Below, in pieces: positions 1 through 10,237 of a DNA stretch of 64,000 bases. Position numbers and translations under genes: made by a program. The first letter of the stretch is position 1. Each line of letters opens with the position of its first letter. The notes below the pieces were generated by a model. That model had not been told where the DNA came from. It saw only the letters and a program-made list of their open reading frames with translations, and ran no database searches. The stretch spans positions 32,001 to 96,000 of the forward strand of contig CAVWHX010000007.1 of the NCBI GenBank assembly GCA_963754925.1, given 5' to 3'. The DNA is from an uncultured delta proteobacterium (GTDB lineage: Bacteria > Myxococcota > B64-G9).

Positions 1-2
1 CC

Positions 3-1685
3 CAGCGCACAGAACTCGACGCTCAACACAAAGCCGCCGACCAGGCGGCCGAGGAAACGCGTCAAGCTCTCGAGACCGCCCACGCCGATGAAGTCTCCAG
101 GCTTCACCAGGTGCTGGGCAGCGAGCAAAAAAGATTCGAAGAGCAACTCGCAGAGCAGGCCGCTGCAGCCAACCTGCGGGACCAGGAGCTCAATGCGCGC
201 GTGTTGGACCGCGAGCGTAACGCCGCCTTAATGCAGGAATCGGCCGAGTCCCAGCGCCAGACGCTCACCGAGCAGATCCAGGTTCTTGAAGGGCACGTCG
301 AAGACCTCGATCATCGATTAGCTGAATCGGAAGATCGCTTTACCCACACGAGCGCAGAATGGGAAGAGGATAAGCACGTTCTTGAGGAGCAACTTGCCGA
401 GATCACCAACCGCGGTCAGCAGCTTCAGGACGAGCTTACCCGGCTCAGGCGATCGTCGCAAGAAGAGGTATCCCGCCTCACGTCAACCATCGAGGAGGAA
501 CAGCAGCGCTTCGAGGTGTTGCGGAGGTCGGCAGATTTAGCAGCGGAAGAGCACGCCCAATCAGAACATGAGCTATCGATAAAACTCGAGGAAAAGCAGA
601 GTGAGCTTGACGCCTTCACGCAACAGGTAGAAGAGCAACGCGCTGCCGACCAGCAGGCGTACACCGAACTCAACGACCATTTCGAGAAATCTCATAAGAG
701 GGTCGCCGTTCTTGAAGGAAACCTGGAACAGTCAGCGCTCAAGCTCTCAAACCTCGAGCGGGGCTCGACCCAAAAGATTGCAGAACTCGAGGCATCCGCC
801 CAAGACCTAACCAACCAACTCCAACAGCAACAAAGCGAGCATGATCAGATCCAAGAACAGTTGTTACAGTCCGAACAATCGGTGATTGATCTTCGCCAGG
901 CTCTGGAAGAGTCCCAGGGGCACATGCATAAGCTTTCGCAGCAGCTCGAGCAGAGCCAGGTCGCCGCCCAGCAGGCGCATGACCGAACCGTGGCCGAACA
1001 AGCCGCCCAGCGACAAGCCTACGTCAAAGAGCGCAGTCAGTTACTGGCGGTGGTCACGGCAAATGAAAAAGGCATGGCCAAACTCAAGGTCGAGCTGTCA
1101 GGGAGATCAGAAGAAGTTAAAGAACTTGAGGCCGAGTTGAGCGAAGCGCGGTCGCAGTACGATCGCTCACAACAGGAATTGCTGACGTTCCAGCGCCAAC
1201 TCGAGGATCGCGGTAACCGCCTGGCCGAGCTTGCCCAGCAGGTGCAACGTTCGCTTGATGAGTGTGCCGAGCGTGACGCGTCACTTGAAGAAATGCAACA
1301 GGCGCATCAACAGGCGCTCGATGCTCTCCGCCGGCAGGGTGAGGTGAGCCTCCGTGAACTTGAAAGCCGCAAAAATGGAGAAATCGAAAAACTCCGCGCT
1401 GAGTATCGCACCGCCTACGAAAAGTCGGAAGCCGAAAAGAATGCCGCAGTAGAAAAGAATAAGGAGGCGGCCGACAAAAAGCTTGCCAAGTACCAGGAAA
1501 CTATCGAGCAGGCCAAGAACCAATTAATCCAGATGAAGCAGAAAATGGATCAATCTAAACAGGAGGAGCAGCGGCTCCGCGCCCGCGAAAAGAAGATGAT
1601 GTTGGCGTTACAAAAGGCCCGCGAGGTAATGGGATCCATCAAGAAGGGGCCCGGCGCCGTCACCATTCCCGATCCAGAAGAATAA
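3..1685 (+). CDS. Long coiled-coil protein, 5' partial (runs off the window start)
   Basis: Frame is open from position 3 to TAA at 1683-1685. E/Q/L/A-rich heptad pattern throughout, no globular motif in the visible part. Confidence 0.8.
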   Translation, partial: QRTELDAQHKAADQAAEETRQALETAHADEVSRLHQVLGSEQKRFEEQLAEQAAAANLRDQELNARVLDRERNAALMQESAESQRQTLTEQIQVLEGHVEDLDHRLAESEDRFTHTSAEWEEDKHVLEEQLAEITNRGQQLQDELTRLRRSSQEEVSRLTSTIEEEQQRFEVLRRSADLAAEEHAQSEHELSIKLEEKQSELDAFTQQVEEQRAADQQAYTELNDHFEKSHKRVAVLEGNLEQSALKLSNLERGSTQKIAELEASAQDLTNQLQQQQSEHDQIQEQLLQSEQSVIDLRQALEESQGHMHKLSQQLEQSQVAAQQAHDRTVAEQAAQRQAYVKERSQLLAVVTANEKGMAKLKVELSGRSEEVKELEAELSEARSQYDRSQQELLTFQRQLEDRGNRLAELAQQVQRSLDECAERDASLEEMQQAHQQALDALRRQGEVSLRELESRKNGEIEKLRAEYRTAYEKSEAEKNAAVEKNKEAADKKLAKYQETIEQAKNQLIQMKQKMDQSKQEEQRLRAREKKMMLALQKAREVMGSIKKGPGAVTIPDPEE

Positions 1686-1688
1686 TGC

Positions 1689-2204
1689 TCATACCCTAAT
1701 AATTTCTGATTGAACGCCGGCGCCCAGATCAAGGTACGCCATCGAAAGGTAGGGCGCAACGTGCCGATCGGTCGGGCTACCCGGATTGAGCAAGAGCACA
1801 TCGTGGCGTTTCTCATTCAATGGCTGGTGGCTGTGTCCAAACACCACTACCTCAACCTCTGGTTTTCCGTTGCTGCCGATGAAACGCTCTGCCACTCGGC
1901 GGGGTAAATCTCCCGGTGCACCCCACCCGTGGATCAAGCCAACGGCATGGCCAGCTAACTGCAACACTTGGTGTTCCGGTAGGCGAACTCTGAGGTCTTC
2001 CGAATCCATGTTGCCGAACACCGCTTGCACCGGCGCAATACTGCCGATCGCATCCAGAAGCTCCGTACAAACGAGATCTCCCGCATGGAGGATCAGGTCG
2101 ACGCCCTGTAGATATTTCAGAAGTCGAGAAACAACCCGATCAACTTGGTTTGCCTGGGTATGGGTATCGGAGAGGACGGCAACGTGCATGGAACTATCAG
2201 GCAA
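1689..2204 (-). CDS. Metallophosphoesterase, YfcE/MJ0936 family
   Basis: Motifs SDTH, HAGD, GNMD, IHG, FGHSH, NPGS in the canonical order. Confidence 0.92.
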   Translation of the reverse strand: MPDSSMHVAVLSDTHTQANQVDRVVSRLLKYLQGVDLILHAGDLVCTELLDAIGSIAPVQAVFGNMDSEDLRVRLPEHQVLQLAGHAVGLIHGWGAPGDLPRRVAERFIGSNGKPEVEVVVFGHSHQPLNEKRHDVLLLNPGSPTDRHVAPYLSMAYLDLGAGVQSEIIRV

Positions 2205-4108
2205 CGGTCGGCGAGGGTTCCGGCTTGGGCGGCATGCCGCCGGGGCTTTTATCTTTCAACCCGGCTTGTTCGGCAGAGATAAGCCGCGTCTCAATTGGTC
2301 TGGGTCGAGACAATTCTTCTCCCTTGATAATTTTCTCTACATCATCGGCATCAAGGGTCTCGAAGATAAGCAGTGCTTTCGCTAAACGATGCAGGGTTTC
2401 TAAATTCTCCTCAACCAGCCCCCGCGCCCAATGGTATCCTTCCTCGACCAAGCGGCGCACCTCGGCATCGATTTCCTGGGCCGTATTCTCGCTATAGTCA
2501 CGATGCTGGGCAATTTCGCGGCCAAGGAAGATCTGTTCTTCTTTTTTACCAAAGCTCAAGGGACCGAGCTTTTCGCTCATGCCCCATTCGCAGACCATCT
2601 TGCGCGCCAGATCGGTAGCATGCTCAATATCCTGTCCCGCGCCGTTGGTCTGCTCTTTGAGAACCAGTTCCTCGGCAACGCGTCCGCCCATGAGCCCACA
2701 GATGATGTTTTGAGCCTGCGACCGAGACATCGTATGCCGGTCCTCTTTGGGAAGCTGCTGGGTCACACCGAGTGCCATACCGCGCGGAATAATGGTTACC
2801 TTGTGCACCGGATCAGCCTTCGGAAGAAGCTTGGCGACCAGTGCATGGCCGGCCTCATGATAAGCCGTGAGACGCTTTTCTTCCTCACTGATTATCATCG
2901 ACTTGCGTTCAGATCCCATCAGCACCTTATCTTTAGCCAATTCGAGGTTGTCCTGGGTCAAATTTTGTTGAGCGGCGCGCGCCGCAAGCAACGCAGCCTC
3001 ATTGACGAGATTTTCAAGATCGGCGCCTGAGAAACCCGGCGTTCCTCGTGCTATCATCCCAAGATCGACTTCGGGGGCGAGGGGTGTTTTACGAGTATGT
3101 ACTTTGAGTATACCCAACCGACCCCGCAGATCGGGACGGGGCACCACGACGCGCCGATCGAAGCGTCCCGGACGCAAGAGCGCTGGATCAAGAACGTCCG
3201 GTCGGTTGGTGGCCGCAACGAGAATGACGCCTTCATTCGATTCGAAACCGTCCATCTCGACCAATAATTGGTTGAGGGTCTGTTCGCGTTCATCATGTCC
3301 GCCGCCGAGGCCGGCCCCGCGATGCCGACCGACGGCGTCGAGTTCGTCGATGAAAATGATGCAGGGCGCATGCTTCTTGCCTTGCTCGAACAGATCGCGC
3401 ACCCGCGAGGCGCCGACGCCGACAAACATTTCGACGAAATCCGAGCCTGCGATACTAAAAAAGGGAACGCCAGCCTCGCCCGCGATCGCCCTGGCCAGGA
3501 GCGTTTTGCCGGTTCCCGGCGGGCCCATGAGCAGGACGCCTTTCGGAATGCGGCCGCCGAGGCGGGTAAATTTTTTGGGGCTCTTGAGGAACTCAATAAT
3601 CTCTTGAAGCTCTTCCTTGGCCTCTTCCACACCAGCGACATCGTTGAATGTGACCTTATTGGCCTGGTTGTTGAGCAAGCGCGCCTTGCTCTTGCCAAAA
3701 GACATAGCTTTACCGCCGCCGGCTTGGAGCTGTCGCATGAAAAAGATAAAAATCACCAGTAAAAAGACGATGGGCAACCAGTACACCACGGCCGTTTGCC
3801 AGAACGGATTTTGTTCCTCTTTCTCCACATTGATGACGACGTGGTGGGTTTTGAGATCGCGCACTGAGATCATCGGAGAGAATCGCGCGTGTCGTAAAGG
3901 TTTGCGGGGTGCCCTCAATGAGTTCACCGCTGATTTCGCTACCACTAATGGTTACTTTTTTGACATTATTCTTCTCTACTTCTTCCCAAAACTGCGAAAA
4001 TGCTACGTTTTTACCATCCTGTGGAGCATTTGAAAATATCTGATAGAACGTGATGAACATCGCTATCAGCAGTACCCACAGAAGAATCGTCTTATGACTT
4101 TGTTTCAA
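2197..4108 (-). CDS. ftsH: ATP-dependent zinc metalloprotease FtsH, with a +1 frameshift near 3865
   Basis: N-terminal TM/periplasmic part in ORF 3710..4108 joins ORF 2197..3945 if one base is removed (…[11 protein letters not shown]…). Walker A GPPGTGKT, Walker B IIFIDE, SRH, HEAGH zinc motif. Confidence 0.96.
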
Positions 4109-4173
4109 AAACTGCCTACCTTTCCTCCAAAAAAATCTACCTCAACTTCATCGAAAATCAACGAACTTAATTG

Positions 4174-4202
4174 AGTATATGGCCTTGTGGCTGATCCGTC
4201 AA
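4174..4202 (-). promoter_or_regulatory. Sigma70-type promoter of ftsH
   Basis: Minus strand reads TTGACG-N17-TATACT, about 65 nt upstream of the ftsH start. Confidence 0.7.
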
Positions 4203-4389
4203 GCGAGCCTAGTAAAAAAATCACCTATTATTCTTGCATTAAAGCAAATCAGGATTTCTTCCCAATCATTGACTAGAAAGCGAATTCAGATAACGATGTT
4301 ACCTGCTCTATGAAAATGATGAAAGAAATTTTCGATGTCGGTAAAAAGCGTTTGAGAATACCCCTTTCATAGACCCAAAGGAGGCGCAT

Positions 4390-6906
4390 GTGAGCATCCA
4401 AGCGGCACGTGCAACCGGTCACGCAATCAAGCAACCCAAGAATCTCTCGAAGCGCATGACGTGGCTGCGGGATTATTACTTCAAGGGCTCAAGGCGCGCG
4501 TGGAACAACGAGTTTACGGCTTGGACCACCGGTGCACCTTGGGATGTGCAGTTCGACGAGATGACGTACTACATCGTGCCCGAGACCTATCCTTTCCTGC
4601 AGACTTTTCGGTCCTCCCTGCAACAGGCTTCGAGGAGAGTGGATCTCCCCAGAGACTTCTGGACCTGGAGCCTGCCCGAACGCAAGGCATGGTTTCTGAA
4701 AGAGGTCATGGTCAACTATGTGCCCCAAGAGGTTCTACCCGGGGACCTCATCGCTGGCGGACGCTTCAATGTCCAGACATCCAAGTGCTGGACAAGAAAA
4801 GAAGCCAAGGCGCGTGACCAGCTCATCTACGGAAATAAAGGGGCCAGGGCTGCGATGAAGTGGTTCCATGATCACGGCTATGGCAACTCGGGCGCCACCT
4901 CCGGCCACATCATCCCTGGATACGAGCGCGTCTTGAAGATAGGCTGGAAGGGTGTGTATGAGGAGATTCAGGCAAATTACGATCACCTTGGCGAGCAGGA
5001 CAAGCAAGGGAGGAAGGGAGCTGAGCTTCGGGCCATGCTGATTGCCGCCACCATGGGAAAAGACCTGGCCGGAAAATACGCATCGCTCTGCGAACGCCTC
5101 GCAACAACCGTGAAGGACCCAAAACGCACGGCAGAACTAGAACAGATGGCACAGAACCTAACGAGAGTCCCCTGGGAGCCGGCTCGGACCTTCTGGGAGG
5201 CGGTGCAGGCCCTGTGGCTCTCGCACATGCTGGTTATGAGCGACGAGAACTACCCGGGTCCCGGTGTGTCGTTCGGCAGAATAGACCAGTATCTGCTACC
5301 CTACTGGCAGTATTCAATCGATCGCGGCATGGACCGAGAGTTCGGCAAGGAGATCTTGAAATGCTTTTGGATCCACGCCAACACGGTCTACGATGCTATG
5401 ATCGGCATCGGCACTAACGGCATCACCGCAGGCTATGGTCAGCTGATCACGCTCTCGGGCATGGGGGAGAGAGGAGTCGACCTCACCAACGACCTGACCT
5501 ACGCAATGCTGGAGGTGATCGACGAGATGGCTCCCCTGCTGGAGCCCAAGCCAAATGTCAGGCTCCATAGAAACAGCCCTGACCGGCTGCTTGGCATCGT
5601 GGTTGATATGATCTCATCAAGTCAGGGCGCTCCGTTTCCGATCAACTTCGACGAGCGTTCGATCGCGGGTATGCTCCGCGAGGCCAGGAAGGCAGGCGTC
5701 ACGCACCTGATCAACGAGGCCAATGTGTACGACTACGCGCCCGTGGGTTGCCTGGAGAACACCATGGTTGGCAATGACCGCTCCGGCACCGTGGACAGCA
5801 ATTTAAACCTCCTGAAGGCTGTGGAGCTGACCTTAAACAACGGGAAGGATTTCTTTGACTTCATCGATACCATCACGGGCGAGGTGGAGAAAGTCAAGCA
5901 GGTGGGGCCTAAGACCGGCGATGCAACGGCCTTTGCAACCTGGGAGGAATTTTGGGAGGCCTATGCCGAGCAAACGCGCCACATAGTTAAGAAGTGCGTT
6001 GAGCTCTACGAGATTTCAGAATCCCTGCGCGCCCGATACTGCCCGACGCCGTACCTATCCTGCCTGGTCAAGGGCTGCGCAGAAAAGGGACTTGACATCA
6101 CCCAAGGAGGTGCCGAGCTCGGTTTTACCACTATAGAGGCCGTCACCTTCGCAACCAGCGTTGACTCCCTGTTGGCGATACAGCACCTGGTCTTTGAAAA
6201 GAAGGCATGCACCATGGCCGAGCTCATCAATGCCCTCAAAGCAAACTGGCAAGGTTATGAGAAACTGCAGGCACAGGCGTGTTACCGGGCGCCCAAGTAT
6301 GGACGTGACGAAGATACGGCCGACGAAATGGCCGCAAAAGTCATGGAATTGTGGTGTGAAGAGACCTGGAAGTACAAGACCGTCTCCACCAACCGCCAGT
6401 TTAGGCCAGGGATGCTGAGCTGGAACTACTGGGTGGCGGACGGCTTTATTTTACCGGCGAGTCCGGATGGCAGACCCAAAGGAAGGTTTCTTTCCAACGC
6501 CATCTGCCCGTCGAATGGTGCGGATATCTACGGCCCTACGGCTAATGTAAACTCAGTGGGTAAAGCTCTGGGCGGCAAGGTGGCGGACGGCACGGGAGAC
6601 TTCAAGGAATACGTAAACCGCCTGCCGAATGGCGCAAGCCATACCATTAGCATCAATCCCTCATTGTTGAGTGATGCGGAGCACAAAGAAAAATTCAAAG
6701 CGTTCCTGAAGGGGTATGTAGAAAACGGCGGCAGCGCACTCCAAATCAACGTGATTGATGCGGATACGCTGAGAGCGGCACAGAAGAGTCCTGAGGATTA
6801 CCGCTCGCTCCTGGTGAGAATCACGGGCTACAATGCCTATTTTACGAGCATTGGGAGAGAGCTCCAAGATGAAGTGATCGCCAGGATCAGCCATGAGGCG
6901 CTGTAG
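4390..6906 (+). CDS. Glycyl radical enzyme (PFL superfamily, non-PFL type), substrate unknown
   Basis: 838 aa. SFGRIDQYL, single-Cys loop GCLE, ASPDGR, C-terminal glycyl loop LVRITGY. GGAGG RBS precedes the GTG start. Confidence 0.93.
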   Translation: MSIQAARATGHAIKQPKNLSKRMTWLRDYYFKGSRRAWNNEFTAWTTGAPWDVQFDEMTYYIVPETYPFLQTFRSSLQQASRRVDLPRDFWTWSLPERKAWFLKEVMVNYVPQEVLPGDLIAGGRFNVQTSKCWTRKEAKARDQLIYGNKGARAAMKWFHDHGYGNSGATSGHIIPGYERVLKIGWKGVYEEIQANYDHLGEQDKQGRKGAELRAMLIAATMGKDLAGKYASLCERLATTVKDPKRTAELEQMAQNLTRVPWEPARTFWEAVQALWLSHMLVMSDENYPGPGVSFGRIDQYLLPYWQYSIDRGMDREFGKEILKCFWIHANTVYDAMIGIGTNGITAGYGQLITLSGMGERGVDLTNDLTYAMLEVIDEMAPLLEPKPNVRLHRNSPDRLLGIVVDMISSSQGAPFPINFDERSIAGMLREARKAGVTHLINEANVYDYAPVGCLENTMVGNDRSGTVDSNLNLLKAVELTLNNGKDFFDFIDTITGEVEKVKQVGPKTGDATAFATWEEFWEAYAEQTRHIVKKCVELYEISESLRARYCPTPYLSCLVKGCAEKGLDITQGGAELGFTTIEAVTFATSVDSLLAIQHLVFEKKACTMAELINALKANWQGYEKLQAQACYRAPKYGRDEDTADEMAAKVMELWCEETWKYKTVSTNRQFRPGMLSWNYWVADGFILPASPDGRPKGRFLSNAICPSNGADIYGPTANVNSVGKALGGKVADGTGDFKEYVNRLPNGASHTISINPSLLSDAEHKEKFKAFLKGYVENGGSALQINVIDADTLRAAQKSPEDYRSLLVRITGYNAYFTSIGRELQDEVIARISHEAL

Positions 6907-6912
6907 GGGAAC

Positions 6913-7953
6913 ATGGAACGTCGATCAGCCATCAAAGAAACCAGCGAAAAAAGCAAAGGCGTGATCCTCCGCGTCCAGCGTATGTCGACTGAGGATGGAC
7001 CTGGTATTAGGAGCACCATCTTTTTCAAGGGCTGCACGTTAAACTGTATATGGTGCCACAACCCCGAAGGCATATCGCCAAAGATCCAGATCCATCAGGT
7101 GTTGGCGCGATGCATCGGGTGCCGAAGTTGCATCGAAGTTTGCGCCGCGGGAGCTCTCACGGCGGGAACGGCCGGCATCGCCATTGACCGGGAGAAGTGC
7201 ACCAGCTGTCTTGCCTGTGTCGAAATCTGCCCTTCCACCGCCATGGAAGCATACGGCGAGACCGGTGAACTCGATACCCTGGTACGCGAGCTGCAGAAGG
7301 ACCGGGTCTACTTCGAGAAATCCGGCGGCGGGGTGACCCTTTCGGGCGGCGAGCCCCTCATGCAGGCCGCGTTTGCGAAGGATCTCTGTACCGCGTTCAA
7401 ACACAGCGGCATCTCGACGGCACTGGACACGTGCGGTCAGTGCACCTGGGATACCTTCAACGATCTCTTGCCCGTCACCGACCTGTTGCTCTATGACCTG
7501 AAGGTCTTGGACTTCAAACTGCACCGGGAGTTTACCGGCGCGGGCAACGAGCGAATTCTTGAAAACCTCGTGCGCCTCGCGAAGCAGGTGCGCGAGCACG
7601 GTATGCCGAAAGAGATCTGGGTGCGTACGCCGCTTATCCCAGGCTGCACGGCCACGGGAGAGAACATTAGGGCCATCGGCATGTTCATTAAGAAAAACCT
7701 GAGCGCGGCGGTGAGCAGGTGGGAGTTGTGCGCTTTCAATAACTTGTGCGTTGACAAATATGATGGCCTGGGTATCGATTGGCGCTTTAGAGAGATTGGT
7801 CCCATGACCAGGGATGACGCTTGCCGGCTCGCGAGAATCGCACAAGATTCGGGCGTTGACGCCAGGATAGTCCACCTGAGCGGGCCTATGAAGAACGTTA
7901 TTACGAGCGAACCTTCCGAGCAGGTTATAAGTGATCGGGGAGGCACCGTATGA
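6913..7953 (+). CDS. Glycyl-radical enzyme activating protein (radical SAM with ferredoxin insert)
   Basis: DGPGIRSTIFFKGCTLNCIWCHNPE (CX3CX2C), two CX2CX2CX3C motifs, SGGGVTLSGGEP. Confidence 0.95.
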   Translation: MERRSAIKETSEKSKGVILRVQRMSTEDGPGIRSTIFFKGCTLNCIWCHNPEGISPKIQIHQVLARCIGCRSCIEVCAAGALTAGTAGIAIDREKCTSCLACVEICPSTAMEAYGETGELDTLVRELQKDRVYFEKSGGGVTLSGGEPLMQAAFAKDLCTAFKHSGISTALDTCGQCTWDTFNDLLPVTDLLLYDLKVLDFKLHREFTGAGNERILENLVRLAKQVREHGMPKEIWVRTPLIPGCTATGENIRAIGMFIKKNLSAAVSRWELCAFNNLCVDKYDGLGIDWRFREIGPMTRDDACRLARIAQDSGVDARIVHLSGPMKNVITSEPSEQVISDRGGTV

Positions 7954-8798
7954 AAAATATCTATACGTCCTTTGACCAAAAAGACCTCAAGGAATTCGAG
8001 CCAGATGCCAAGGTTGGCATCATCGCCACGGTGAATCCGGCAGGCCAACCCCACCTCACCCTCATCACCACGCTTCAAGCGGCGTCCCCTACCCGGCTGA
8101 TCTTCGGCCAATTTACCGAAGGTCGCAGCAAGGAACAGGTGAAGACCAATCCGAAGGTCGGTTTTACTATCATGACGAGGGAGAGAAGTCTGTGGCGGGG
8201 CATGGCAATCTGGACGCACACCATGGAGCACGGTGAAGAATACGAGATGTTCAACAAAAAACCCATGTTCCGATACAACGCTTATTTCGGCATCCATACC
8301 GCGCACTACCTGGACCTCAAACAGACCTACGGCAGGGAGGCGCTTCCGCTGGTGCGGATACTGATCGCGACCCTCGTGACCAGGGTTGCGAGACCCGCCG
8401 CTGCCGCCGGGCGGACAGAAAGAATTCTCAAACCCTGGGCAGAGGATCTGTTCAAGCGGATCGACACCATCAAGTTCCTATCGTACCTGAAAGAAGACGG
8501 GTTCCCCGTGATAATCCCGCTTATGGGCTGCCAGGCAGCCGATAGCCGGCGACTCGTCTTCGCTCCGCTTGCGTATGCAGATGAGCTGGCGGAGCTTCGC
8601 GAGGGTACTACCGTTGCGGTGTTCGGGCTGACTATGCAGATGGAGAACGTGCTGGTACGCGGTCTGTTCGCAGGCTTTTCCAGATACCGGGGTATCACCC
8701 TCGGCCGCGTGGAGCTCAACTGGGTGTACAATTCCATGCCGCCGGTGCCCGGTCAGGTTTACCCCGAGGAAGAACTCAGGCCGGTGATGAATTATTGA
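7950..8798 (+). CDS. Pyridoxamine 5'-phosphate oxidase-like (FMN-binding split barrel) protein, two tandem domains
   Basis: Two similar halves: IIATVNPAGQPHLTLI…RSKEQVKTNPKVGF and FLSYLKEDGFPVIIP…TTVAVF. ATGA overlap with the activase stop. Confidence 0.72.
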   Translation: MKNIYTSFDQKDLKEFEPDAKVGIIATVNPAGQPHLTLITTLQAASPTRLIFGQFTEGRSKEQVKTNPKVGFTIMTRERSLWRGMAIWTHTMEHGEEYEMFNKKPMFRYNAYFGIHTAHYLDLKQTYGREALPLVRILIATLVTRVARPAAAAGRTERILKPWAEDLFKRIDTIKFLSYLKEDGFPVIIPLMGCQAADSRRLVFAPLAYADELAELREGTTVAVFGLTMQMENVLVRGLFAGFSRYRGITLGRVELNWVYNSMPPVPGQVYPEEELRPVMNY

Positions 8799-10207
8799 CC
8801 AGGAAAATCCCGGTCATCCTCGGAAGCTGCGGCTGGCTTTAATAGTTCTACCGCGAGTATCTTTTGGGAGTGCGGTTTAATAGGAGCAATCGAACTGCGT
8901 CGAATACCAGCCACCCAGAGCACCTGTTTCCCTTTGGTAAGCAGCGGAACCAGCGACCTCACGTTCATCGGCAGTTTCGCTTCCATCAACAGGCGGTTAA
9001 CCTTGTGACTTCCCCGGGTGCCCCACAAACGCATACGATCGCCGGGAAGCAGCGAGCGTATCTCGAGGGGAAAATCAACCTCATCACCATCGAAAAACAC
9101 CCGGGTCGGCCCCGCCTGCTCACGGTCATATGACGACACCATTTTGAAGCGCATTCGCCCAGAGCGATCCGGCAACGGCATGATTCCCGGCCCCCTGACT
9201 TCAATCCTGAAACTCTCTCGATGCCCGCCAGACGTTCCCAATCGCAAAAAGAAAAGGCTCCCCTCTCGCCCGGCATCCAGACCGCCGGGCAAATCAAGAG
9301 ACCACCGTTTTTCGTTGTTCCGCGCGCGGATCCGTTCGATCAGACGCTCAAGATGGTCACCCGGCAAGTTTGACCCTGGCCCCATAAGCTGCCGCACCAT
9401 GCGCAGCAGTACCCGCAGCAACACCGCGTCGGGGAGGCGTCGGGCGCGCGAGAGCGGTATCACCACGCCTCCCGATGGATCATGGTCGAAGGCAACCTTA
9501 GCGGCCATACGATTGAGCACCCGGCAGTCTCGACGCGCCGCAGCGCTTAATCGCAACAGCGCTCGGTCTACCTCAGGATTCATCGTTCGCAACGTAGGGA
9601 GGAGGCTGTGGCGTATTTGGTTCCTGAGAAAACGCGGGTTTTGATTGGAAGGATCTTCCACCCATCGAATGCGGCGAGAGCGTAAAAAGGATCGCAGCTC
9701 CCCCCGACTGCAGCAGAGCAATGGTCGGATGAACAGCTCTTCGCGCTTGACGGGGATGCCCGTCAATCCATCGATCCGCGTCCCCCGCACCATGCGCATC
9801 AAGACGGTCTCAACCTGGTCATCCCGGGTATGCCCGGTGGCAATTCTATCGCAACCATGCTCCCGCGCGAGTGATTGAAGAACGCGATACCGTTGCTGCC
9901 GGCAACGTTCTTCGCTCGATCCGGGCGGAAGATCCGTGTTGCAGAGCGTCACGCCAAGGAACGTTAATCTCAAACGCCTCGCCCGCGCTCGTAATCGATG
10001 CAACACTTGGTGCGATCCCGCTGTCTGGCCATGGTCGACATGGACGATTAACATATCGACGTTCATCGCTTGGCTCAGCGCGCGAAGGATTTCGACCATC
10101 GCCGTTGAATCCGCACCGCCCGACCAGGCTACCAGTATTTTGTGGCCCGGCAGGAAAAGGTTATGCGCTTCGACAAATAAGCGCACTTTCTCAATCAACT
10201 CACTCAT
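8792..10207 (-). CDS. tilS: tRNA(Ile)-lysidine synthetase
   Basis: PP-loop SGGADS, HVDHG, ATGHTRDDQVETVLMR, IRPLL, DPSN…RNQIR and a C-terminal TilS_C-like region. Confidence 0.95.
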   Translation of the reverse strand: MSELIEKVRLFVEAHNLFLPGHKILVAWSGGADSTAMVEILRALSQAMNVDMLIVHVDHGQTAGSHQVLHRLRARARRLRLTFLGVTLCNTDLPPGSSEERCRQQRYRVLQSLAREHGCDRIATGHTRDDQVETVLMRMVRGTRIDGLTGIPVKREELFIRPLLCCSRGELRSFLRSRRIRWVEDPSNQNPRFLRNQIRHSLLPTLRTMNPEVDRALLRLSAAARRDCRVLNRMAAKVAFDHDPSGGVVIPLSRARRLPDAVLLRVLLRMVRQLMGPGSNLPGDHLERLIERIRARNNEKRWSLDLPGGLDAGREGSLFFLRLGTSGGHRESFRIEVRGPGIMPLPDRSGRMRFKMVSSYDREQAGPTRVFFDGDEVDFPLEIRSLLPGDRMRLWGTRGSHKVNRLLMEAKLPMNVRSLVPLLTKGKQVLWVAGIRRSSIAPIKPHSQKILAVELLKPAAASEDDRDFPGQ

Positions 10208-10237
10208 AGTTTAATACTTTACCGAGGTAAGGTGCAT

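Noticed and set aside
2197..4108. ftsH (and ppdK, GGDEF, deaminase) as true pseudogenes
   Set aside because: Each has only one indel with all catalytic motifs intact, consistent with assembly error.
4390..6906. Calling the GRE pflB, cutC or hypD
   Set aside because: It lacks the PFL Cys-Cys pair, and the specificity residues and neighbourhoods of the others could not be confirmed by eye.
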